From: a bacterium
GTDB lineage: Bacteria > Patescibacteriota > Minisyncoccia > Phycocordibacterales > Phycocordibacteraceae
Direction of reading: 5' to 3'
Assembly: GCA_023269085.1 (NCBI GenBank)
Contig: JAHFML010000001.1
Location: 108,578-172,577, forward strand
DNA: 64,000 nucleotides
Shown: positions 56,862-64,000 of the stretch, one piece after another
Numbering within the stretch: the first letter of the stretch is position 1
How the letters are laid out: each line of letters starts with the position of its first letter
Position numbers and translations under genes: made by a program
Notes under the pieces: generated by a model
The model's input: only the letters and a program-made list of their open reading frames with translations
Databases searched by the model: none
Told to the model about the DNA's origin: nothing

Positions 56862-58637
56862 TTATGCGTCCCCGCGCAGGACCTTGCGCAGATCGGCTTC
56901 GGGTATCTCAAAAGGTTTCTTCTCGACGGGCGGGGAGCTCTCCCGCGGCGGCAGAGCCGCCGCGGGCTTTAGTTCTCGCGATGGTTCGTTCTTCTCGAGC
57001 ACGCTCGCGAGCGCACCTTTGAGCGACTGCTGATTCTTCGTCTTCGTCTCTTCGCGCTCGACACTCGTCTTCGCTACCATCGTGCGCAAGACTGACTTTA
57101 GATCGTCCGGGCTCTTGGTGGGCGGTGTTGGCTGCACGGGCATGCGTACTGGTTCTGGTGGTCTACTCATCGGTGCTATCGGCGTGCGCACCGGCTCGCG
57201 AGCAGGCTCCGGGCGCGGCCGCGGCGGCCGCGCCTCGCGCACCGGCGCGGTCGGCGCGGGCGTCCCCCCTCGCGCCTCGCGTGCCTCCTTCGCATACTGC
57301 GCGCCGGTCTTCTTCATCCGCGCATCAGCAGGCGCGGGCGCCACGGCACTCGCCATGAGCTCGTCGGTGATAGCCTTCTCGACACCGGCGCGCGGCACCG
57401 CGAAGGTCGCACGCGACAGCTCGATAACATCCGCGCGATGCGACACGGGCGGCCGCTCGATGGGCGGTATCGTCACCGCCGAGAAGGGCGCGCTCCCGAC
57501 GCTGTCGATCATGAGCGTGAGATAGATCTGCGCGAAGCCGAGCGAGACGATATCCTCCTTCACAAACTTCGGCATGAAGATAGGCTCGAGCACCTCCGCG
57601 TCGAAAGGGCCAACCCGGAAGGTTACGGTCGTGCCGACGTTCCCGAAGACCGCGTCGCGCACCTCCTCCTCCATCTGCTCGATGTACTGGTGCGTGATGA
57701 CGAGATTCAATTTATACTTGCGCGACTCCGAGAGTATCTCGGCGAAGGTCTCGTTCGCGAAGTTCTGGAATTCGTCGACATAGAAATAGAAGTGCGGAAG
57801 CTTCGCCAGCTCAGCATGCGAGCGGTCGGCGCGGCTCATCGCCGCGAGGAAGATGCGCGTCGTGAGCATCGAGCCGATGAGCCGCATGTTCGTCTCACCG
57901 ACGAGCCCCTTCGAGAGATTGATGAGGAGGATCTTCTGGCCGTCCATCATCTCGCGAATATCAAACGACGACTTCGGTTGCCCGATGATATTGCGGATAA
58001 GCGGGTTGCCGGTAAATTGGCCGATCTTATTCTGAATAGCCGGTGTCGCCTCTTGCGTATACCGATCGCCGTAGTTAGCAAACTCTTTGAGCCAGAAATC
58101 TTTGACCACCGGATCCTTCACATTGTCGACGACCTTGGTTCGATACTCCTTGTCGGTATACATGCGGTTGACCCCCAGCAGAGTCGCGTCCGGATATTCG
58201 AGCAAGGCGAGGAGCGTATTGGTGAGGATATACTCCATACGCGCGCTCCACGCGTCCTGCCAGATCTTCTTGAAGGTCGCCATGAGGCCGCTGACGACGA
58301 GATGTCGCTTGTCGTAACCGACATCCTCCATCACATTGAAGGCGATCGGGTGCTCCATGTCGAAGGGCGCGAAGTAGACGACATCCTTCATCCGCTCCTC
58401 GGGGATGAAGTCGAGAAGCTTCTCGATAGTGCCGCCGTGCGGGTCGAGGAAGGCGAGCCCCTCGCCATTCCGTATGTCCTGAATAGCCATGTTCTCGAGC
58501 AGGGTCGATTTGCCCATACCGGTCTTGCCGATGACATACATGTGGCGATCGCGATCCTTCGATTTGATGCCGAAGGGGACATTCTTCCCTCGGGCATCAG
58601 TCGCGGCGAAGTAGGTAACGCGCTCGGGGTTCTCCAT
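56862..58637 (-). CDS. soluble DUF87/HerA-VirD4-like P-loop ATPase with a Pro-rich C-terminal tail
   Basis: HMYVIGKTGMGKSTLLENM (Walker A), …FLDPHGG…, YFYVDEFQNFA (Walker B). No TM helices. C-terminal ~180 aa is Pro/Arg/Glu-rich low complexity. Confidence 0.6.
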   Translation of the reverse strand: MENPERVTYFAATDARGKNVPFGIKSKDRDRHMYVIGKTGMGKSTLLENMAIQDIRNGEGLAFLDPHGGTIEKLLDFIPEERMKDVVYFAPFDMEHPIAFNVMEDVGYDKRHLVVSGLMATFKKIWQDAWSARMEYILTNTLLALLEYPDATLLGVNRMYTDKEYRTKVVDNVKDPVVKDFWLKEFANYGDRYTQEATPAIQNKIGQFTGNPLIRNIIGQPKSSFDIREMMDGQKILLINLSKGLVGETNMRLIGSMLTTRIFLAAMSRADRSHAELAKLPHFYFYVDEFQNFANETFAEILSESRKYKLNLVITHQYIEQMEEEVRDAVFGNVGTTVTFRVGPFDAEVLEPIFMPKFVKEDIVSLGFAQIYLTLMIDSVGSAPFSAVTIPPIERPPVSHRADVIELSRATFAVPRAGVEKAITDELMASAVAPAPADARMKKTGAQYAKEAREARGGTPAPTAPVREARPPRPRPEPAREPVRTPIAPMSRPPEPVRMPVQPTPPTKSPDDLKSVLRTMVAKTSVEREETKTKNQQSLKGALASVLEKNEPSRELKPAAALPPRESSPPVEKKPFEIPEADLRKVLRGDA

Positions 58638-58698
58638 GATGCCACTAGTATAGCAAATTCCCGCGGCGCTTCGCGCCGCGGGATTGCATTACTCCCCG

Positions 58699-58920
58699 CT
58701 ATCCTATCGCCTGATGCGGCTCCTCGCTCAACACTGCGCTCGGCGCCTCCTTCGTCGCATCTGCGACTTTTACTTCGCGCGCGCGGAGTGAGACCCCGAC
58801 ACTAACGACGATCGCGCCGAAGACGACTGCGAGCAGTGAGCGCATCGCGACCGGCAAGCCCGAATAGGGCGTGATGATAGTGAGGATTCCGACGAGGATA
58901 AGTATGCCAGTGCGGGACAT
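58699..58920 (-). CDS. hypothetical small membrane protein
   Basis: Two hydrophobic helices (ILILVGILTIITPY; LLAVVFGAIVVSVGV). Confidence 0.3.
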   Translation of the reverse strand: MSRTGILILVGILTIITPYSGLPVAMRSLLAVVFGAIVVSVGVSLRAREVKVADATKEAPSAVLSEEPHQAIG

Positions 58921-58932
58921 GCGACTAGTATA

Positions 58933-59616
58933 TCAGGGCGCGACGATGACGACAAACTCACCGCGGATGGCGTCGGGGTGGGCGATGAAATGCGCTTGGA
59001 CCTCGGCGACCGTACCGCGGACGAGCTCTTCGTGCACCTTGGTGAGCTCACGGGCAATCGCGATACGCCGCGAGGGCGCGAGCACTTCGGCAAGCGAAGC
59101 AAGCGCCTTTTCGATCCGGTGCGGAGATTCATAGAAGACGACCGTGCGTGTCTCGGCGGCAATTTCTTTGAAGAGCGTCTGGCGACCCTTCTTGTTCGGC
59201 AAAAAGCCGAGGTAGACGAAGGAGGCAATCGGCAGGCCCGCGATCGAGAGCGCCGCGACGAAGGCCGCGGGGCCGGGGATAGCTTCGACCACGACCTCCG
59301 GCAGAGTGTCGCGCACGAGCGCGACGAGCTCGGCGCCCGGGTCGCTTATGCCCGGCGTGCCGGCGTCGGTCACGAGCGCGACCCGCTTCCCTTCAGTGAG
59401 GAGCGCGAGCACGCGCGAGCCCCCTTGCCGTGCGTCTTCGGGGTTATAGATAACGAGCGGTTTTGAGATCTCATAGCGCGCGAGGAGCCGGCTGGTCACC
59501 CGCGTGTCCTCGCAGGCGATAGCGTCGGCGGCTTTCAGCGTCTCGAGGGCGCGCAAGGTAATATCGCCCAGATTGCCTATCGGCGTCGCGACGAGGGAGA
59601 GGGTTCCGTGAGTCAT
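58933..59616 (-). CDS. rsmI: 16S rRNA (cytidine1402-2'-O)-methyltransferase
   Basis: GTLSLVATPIGNLGDITLRALETLKAADAIACEDTR is the tetrapyrrole-methylase-fold RsmI signature. Confidence 0.9.
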   Translation of the reverse strand: MTHGTLSLVATPIGNLGDITLRALETLKAADAIACEDTRVTSRLLARYEISKPLVIYNPEDARQGGSRVLALLTEGKRVALVTDAGTPGISDPGAELVALVRDTLPEVVVEAIPGPAAFVAALSIAGLPIASFVYLGFLPNKKGRQTLFKEIAAETRTVVFYESPHRIEKALASLAEVLAPSRRIAIARELTKVHEELVRGTVAEVQAHFIAHPDAIRGEFVVIVAP

Positions 59617-60104
59617 ATATCAAATTCCGGATGCCAATAATACGCCTGTATGTCACGCCGCACCTCCCCGTTTGGGAAGATGCCGTACGTCGGATGATGT
59701 CGCGCCGGTACGCGCTCGCTTGAGCTGTTACTGATAGCCGTCTCTTGGTCGATATAGAAGCCGACATGCCGATGCTTCCCTTGCGTGCCGTCGTCTTTCT
59801 TCTTAAACCCCCAGAGAATGATTGCTCCTTCGCGGGGCTCGGAGATCTCGTGCCATCCTGATGCTCCAAGATCGTCAATCGTCGCATTCACCGTCGTGTG
59901 AATTTCATGTATCAAACCGAAAGGATGCAGAACATTCGTCACGAACATCGCACACGAGAGATCGCCGTCATCGAGCACGTCGATGACTTCGTCATTGATA
60001 TGGAAAAATAAATTGCGAAAGAGATTCGTACCGACACTGTTCTCGATCATCGCTCGATATGATCGGAAGAGGGCGAGTTCTGGTTTTATTGTGTTGGTGT
60101 CCAT
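59613..60104 (-). CDS. hypothetical protein (possible permuted papain-like hydrolase)
   Basis: Start at MDTNTIKPE. The upstream part of the long ORF is out-of-frame overlap with murC. C/H-containing motifs are present, with no firm family call. Confidence 0.35.
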   Translation of the reverse strand: MDTNTIKPELALFRSYRAMIENSVGTNLFRNLFFHINDEVIDVLDDGDLSCAMFVTNVLHPFGLIHEIHTTVNATIDDLGASGWHEISEPREGAIILWGFKKKDDGTQGKHRHVGFYIDQETAISNSSSERVPARHHPTYGIFPNGEVRRDIQAYYWHPEFDI

Positions 60105-60111
60105 ACGTTGA

Positions 60112-61380
60112 TTATGCCACCAGCGCATCGGCGACCTTGTAGATGTCGCCCGCGCCCATGGTGATGATAGTGTCGCCCGTGGTGGCCGTGGCGAGCGCAG
60201 CCTCGATAGCAGTGAATGAAGGGAGCGCCGTCGCATCGACGCCCTGTGCGCGGATGCGCTCAGCGAGGATCTCGCTTGAGACGGTGCCGTCGTCCGTCTC
60301 GCGTGCGGCATAGATGGGAGCGATAAAAACTTTGTCGGCGTCGCCAAAGGCCGTCGCGAAGCCGTCAAGCAGGTCGCGCGTGCGCGAGTAGAGATGCGGA
60401 TGAAAAGCAACAAACAGTGTACCCTCGGTCATCGCGCGTGCCGCGTGGAGCGTCTCACGCACCGCGGTCGGGTGATGCGCATAGTCGTCATAGACTTCGG
60501 CGCCACCCTTCGACTTTCCCTTGTGGTCGAAGCGGCGCCACGTGCCTTCGAAGGTCGCGAGCGACGCGGCAATTGTTTCGTCGGTAATAGTCGGGAGGAC
60601 GACGCGCGCGGCCGCAGCGGCCGCGCGCGCATTCTCTTCGTTGAAGGCTCCCGGCAGGCGGAGCTCGTAGCGCGGCTCAAGTTTATAATCAACGACTCTC
60701 GCCTGTGCGCCCTCAAGCAGTGGCGCGATGTTCGGGTTGTGGGTGTCCGTGACGATGACTCCGGTTGCGGGCACCTTCTCAATCGCCTTCTTAAACGTCG
60801 CCTGCACCGCCGCGAGCGAGGCGAACCAATCAGTATGATCCCATTCGAGATTGTTGATGACAAGAATCTCGGGCGAGAGCTCGAGCAGATGGTCGCGATA
60901 TTCGCATGCCTCGACAACGAGAATGTTCGACCTACCCGCCACATAATTGCTCCCAAAGTCTTTGACGATGCTCCCGATAATAGCGGTCGGCTCGGCACCC
61001 GCATCTTGTAAAATCTTCGCGAGCATGCCGGTCGTCGTTGTTTTGCCGTGCGTCCCTGCCACCGCAACCGTCTTCTTTCCTCTTGAGACTTCGCCGAGCA
61101 TCTCAAAATATGACTGCTCTCTGATGCCGAGCTCGCGAGCTCGCGCGCGCTCTGTGTTCCCCTCTGGCACCGCGTCGCTGTGCACGACCACATCAGCGTC
61201 CACGGGTACGTTCTCTGCGGCATGCCCGATGACGACCTCGATTCCTTTCTTTTTCAAAAGCTCAACGACCGGCCCGCCGTCTCGGTCCGACCCCGTCACA
61301 GTGACGCCATCATGCGCCATCATCTGCGCCAAAGCGCTCATCCCAATCCCCCCGATGCCGATGAAATGTATTTTTCTCAT
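60112..61380 (-). CDS. murC: UDP-N-acetylmuramate--L-alanine ligase
   Basis: IHFIGIGGIGMSALA…, GTHGKTTTT. Confidence 0.9.
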   Translation of the reverse strand: MRKIHFIGIGGIGMSALAQMMAHDGVTVTGSDRDGGPVVELLKKKGIEVVIGHAAENVPVDADVVVHSDAVPEGNTERARARELGIREQSYFEMLGEVSRGKKTVAVAGTHGKTTTTGMLAKILQDAGAEPTAIIGSIVKDFGSNYVAGRSNILVVEACEYRDHLLELSPEILVINNLEWDHTDWFASLAAVQATFKKAIEKVPATGVIVTDTHNPNIAPLLEGAQARVVDYKLEPRYELRLPGAFNEENARAAAAAARVVLPTITDETIAASLATFEGTWRRFDHKGKSKGGAEVYDDYAHHPTAVRETLHAARAMTEGTLFVAFHPHLYSRTRDLLDGFATAFGDADKVFIAPIYAARETDDGTVSSEILAERIRAQGVDATALPSFTAIEAALATATTGDTIITMGAGDIYKVADALVA

Positions 61381-62726
61381 ACCACCGTGACAATCTTGTT
61401 AAACTGCTCGCCCCGATCATACTCATTTTTGAACATGCCGAAGGAGGCGAAGGCGGGCGAGAGCAAAATGATGTCGCCCTCTTCGGCGTGCGCAAAGGCG
61501 TCGGCGACGGCAGCTGCAAGCGTGTCGAATATCTCGTTAGTATCGAAGTCTGACTTCGATACTAACTGATCGGTGCCCGTACCGGCGAGGAGGATGACAC
61601 GCTTCGTCTCGGGCAAGCGCGCGATGAGCGCGCTCATGTCGAGACCCTTATCGGCCCCACCCAAAATCAAAATCAGATTGTAGGACTTACGATGTCCTAC
61701 ATTCCCGAGAGCGGAAAGCGCAGCGAGCGTTGCCTCGGGCGTTGTCGAGGTCGTGTCGTTGTAGACTTTCACCCCATTTACCTCGCGCACGAGCTCGAGC
61801 CGCCCCGGCACACCCCTGAACGATTCGATTGCCGCGCGGCTCACGCTGTCGGCAATACCGAGGGCGCGCGCGGCCGCGAGCGCAAGGGCGGCATTGTAGC
61901 GATTGTGCAAGCCCGGCATCTGTAACGTCCAGGTGTCGGGAAGCTTCAATTCGTCAGCGACAATAGTATTCGCTTCTATTCGCTCGCTGTATTTCTCTAT
62001 TATCGTCGGCGCGCACTGCTTCCCAAGCACGAGCGTGTCGCTCTTTGTTTGATTCAAAAAGATATTCGCTTTGTCGGCCAAATATGCGCCCATGTCATTT
62101 TTATAATAATTCATATGATCGGCGTAGAAGGTCGTGAAAACTGCAATGTGCGGGGAAAGTCTTGCTTCGCCGAAGCCTTGAAGCTTCCACGAGTCGAGCT
62201 CGAGCACGACAATAGTCTCGCTCGTGACGCTTGCGAGATGCGAGAGAAGCGAGGTGCCCTGCACATTGCCACCCTCGATGACATCCTTACTCGCCGCACG
62301 CAAGATCGCCACGAGCATCTCAGTCACGGTCGTCTTGCCGCGCGTGCCGGTCACGCCGACAATGGTCGCGCCCACTTCGCGCGCGAAGCCAGCGAAAAGC
62401 GCCGCCCACATCGTTATGGGCGTGCCTTCTTTTCGTGCTTCGAGTATGAACGGTGAATCAATCGGCGACCCCGGCGCCTTGATTATCAAATCGCGCCCGC
62501 GGAAGTCCGCGAGCTCGTGCCGCCCGAGCATGAAGCGCACATTCGAGAACTTTTGCAATATCTCAACCGACGCTTTCGCATCCTCTTCACTCTTCAGATC
62601 TGTTGCGATAATATCAGCGCCACTCTCTGCGAGAAATTTGATATCTCCGACACCCCCCAAGAGCCCAAGCCCCATGACGGTTATCTTCTTCCCTTTGAAT
62701 TCGGCGCCTACATCCATGCTTCGCAT
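61377..62726 (-). CDS. murD: UDP-N-acetylmuramoylalanine--D-glutamate ligase
   Basis: KKITVMGLGLLGG…, GTRGKTTVT. Confidence 0.9.
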   Translation of the reverse strand: MRSMDVGAEFKGKKITVMGLGLLGGVGDIKFLAESGADIIATDLKSEEDAKASVEILQKFSNVRFMLGRHELADFRGRDLIIKAPGSPIDSPFILEARKEGTPITMWAALFAGFAREVGATIVGVTGTRGKTTVTEMLVAILRAASKDVIEGGNVQGTSLLSHLASVTSETIVVLELDSWKLQGFGEARLSPHIAVFTTFYADHMNYYKNDMGAYLADKANIFLNQTKSDTLVLGKQCAPTIIEKYSERIEANTIVADELKLPDTWTLQMPGLHNRYNAALALAAARALGIADSVSRAAIESFRGVPGRLELVREVNGVKVYNDTTSTTPEATLAALSALGNVGHRKSYNLILILGGADKGLDMSALIARLPETKRVILLAGTGTDQLVSKSDFDTNEIFDTLAAAVADAFAHAEEGDIILLSPAFASFGMFKNEYDRGEQFNKIVTVV

Positions 62727-62750
62727 GGTAGCGCATCTATGGGCGCGAGG

Positions 62751-63257
62751 CTAATTCGCGCAGCTGACTGCCGCCACCTTGTCTTCGTGCGTGAGCGGGA
62801 GCGTAGTGGTCGGCACGACGACAATCTCATAGGGAGAGATAATTGCCTTTTTTGCACACGACGTATCTGGCTCTGCGACTGCGACTGCGACTGTGCGCGT
62901 ATCCGCATCGGTAATGTGGACGACCGCAATACGCGCGCTCGGACCCTTCCCAGCGAAGACCGCGAGCACGGTCTTATTGGAGAAATCGATAACAGGCGGT
63001 GTGCCCGTCGCATCAACCATCGTCCAGAGTTTCGTCAATTCATCGGGCGAGGTGATGACATAATTAACCCTATCTGCGACTTTCGACTTTTCCCCTTGTG
63101 CGAGCGTCTCGAAGGGTACCGCTACCGCGGCGAGCTGGCTAGTCGTTGGAGCTTGTGCGCCAGGCGTCTGATTCTGACTTTGACCGAGCATGACGATCAC
63201 GCCGATAGCAATCGCGATTAAGATGACACCTAAAATAATCAATATATCTCGTTTCAT
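62751..63257 (-). CDS. hypothetical membrane-anchored protein (PrcB C-terminal-like?)
   Basis: N-terminal TM ILIILGVILIAIAIGVIVML. The C-terminal β-rich region has two Cys. Confidence 0.35.
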   Translation of the reverse strand: MKRDILIILGVILIAIAIGVIVMLGQSQNQTPGAQAPTTSQLAAVAVPFETLAQGEKSKVADRVNYVITSPDELTKLWTMVDATGTPPVIDFSNKTVLAVFAGKGPSARIAVVHITDADTRTVAVAVAEPDTSCAKKAIISPYEIVVVPTTTLPLTHEDKVAAVSCAN

Positions 63258-63322
63258 ATAGACAGTATACTCCCGTTCACTATACCGCTTCGCGCAAGGT
63301 GGGTATAACTAAAGACTTTCTG

Positions 63323-63395
63323 TGCACGCTCTAGGAGTCGAACCTAGGACCGCTCGAGTATCAGTCGAGTGCTCTACCAACTGAGCTAAGCGTGC
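63323..63395 (-). tRNA. tRNA-Ile (anticodon GAU), CCA not encoded
   Basis: Minus-strand read GCACGCTTAGCTCAGTTGGTAGAGCACTCGACTGATACTCGAGCGGTCCTAGGTTCGACTCCTAGAGCGTGCA, with anticodon loop CTGATAC. Confidence 0.9.
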
Positions 63396-63617
63396 AAGCG
63401 AACTCTCGCAGTGTAGCAAATTTTGTGAAAAAGAAAAAGATGTCGTGTGCGCTCTTTTGTTCCGCCTATTCTGTACCGGTCGAGAGCTCATATGTGGCTC
63501 TCGACCACCATCGGGTTACGTTATCCGACTTCCGAGTGCTGTTTAGAGACAAGCACCATCTCTCCATTTTCCGAAGAAAATGATCGACATGATTTTCCTT
63601 TCGAGAAAATCGGTTCC

Positions 63618-64000
63618 AATTGGATATGTTCCACGAGCAGCTTCCGCTACCCGTGCCTTGTTACGACTTAGTCCTTGTCACTGAATTTACCGTAGTCCTG
63701 CGCAAGGCAGACCTTCGGGTACCCCCAGCTCCCTTGACTTGACGGGCGGTGAGTACAAGACTCGAGAACGTATTCACCCCAGTTTGGCTGACCTGGGATT
63801 ACTAGCGATTCCGGCTTCATGAGGTCGATTGCAGACCTCAATCCGTACTGGGGGTGGTTTTGAGGGATTGGCTCCACCTTACGGTATTGCAACCCGTTGT
63901 ACCACCCATTGTATTATGTGTGCAGCCCAAGGTATCAAGGGACATGCTGATCTGGCGTCATCCTCACCTTCCTCTCCCGTGAGGGAGCAGTCTCGCCTGG
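63618..64000 (-). rRNA. 16S rRNA, 3' portion (about 380 nt); the gene continues beyond the window end
   Basis: The reverse complement contains universal 16S blocks: …TTGTACTCACCGCCCGTCA… (1390s region) and AAGTCGTAACAAGG, then an h45-like hairpin CACGGGUAGC-GGAA-GCUGCUCGUG. The 3' boundary is approximate. Confidence 0.9.

Noticed and set aside
63392-63892. Small ORFs within the 16S rRNA and the 16S-tRNA spacer
   Set aside because: They lie inside a recognisable rRNA gene and its processed spacer.
1-64000. Possibility of UGA recoding (SR1/Gracilibacteria-type code) or of a CRISPR array
   Set aside because: Genes ending in TGA have normal lengths and tight start-stop overlaps. No array of regular short direct repeats with unique spacers is present; the only repeats are intragenic or AT-rich operator-like motifs.

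Overview
This is a 64-kb window of high-GC (roughly 60-65%) bacterial chromosome. It is compactly packed and almost entirely transcribed from the minus strand.

Content. The core is housekeeping: gyrB, a minimal pheS/pheT pair, rpsB-tsf, prfA-rpmE, rplY, gatB, obg, secA, rsmI, murC and murD. There is a sugar-phosphate block: class I fructose-bisphosphate aldolase, a PfkB kinase, a split transketolase, rpe, rpiB and gap. The window also holds tRNA-Thr(UGU), and tRNA-Ile(GAU) next to the 3' end of a 16S rRNA that runs off the window.

Genome type. Domain-reduced translation proteins, a split transketolase, no Shine-Dalgarno use, a 16S gene not followed by a 23S gene, a sortase, type IV pilin and ComEA-like genes all fit a small-genome, probably monoderm, Patescibacteria/CPR-like organism. 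That placement is inference only.

Three accessory regions stand out:
- A 7.7-kb gene encodes a 2,556-aa membrane-anchored surface protein. It has an N-terminal excisionase-type HTH, a phage tail-fibre-like repeat region, a peptidase-S74-like intramolecular chaperone motif and a C-terminal Ig-like domain. A smaller gene with the same HTH-TM layout lies just upstream, after a 541-bp AT-rich spacer.
- An ~18-kb glycan-biosynthesis island contains a Wzy_C/O-antigen-ligase-like membrane protein with a TPR tail and a Wzx flippase. It also has GT2/GT4/GT9/GT11-type glycosyltransferases, four SAM methyltransferases, an APH-like kinase and an epimerase-GT4 fusion. Embedded in it are an NYN-domain gene, an HD (SpoT-like) hydrolase gene and a lower-GC plus-strand cassette.
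- A ComEA-like HhH protein with PKD and lamin-tail domains sits next to a soluble DUF87/VirD4-like ATPase, a candidate DNA uptake module.

Smaller items. There is a HicB-like antitoxin with a decayed HicA remnant. A PaaX-like regulator gene is bracketed by two related ~34-bp palindromic elements. An unannotated 34-aa lysine-rich ORF precedes secA.

All calls come from reading the sequence and its translations. No database search was run.
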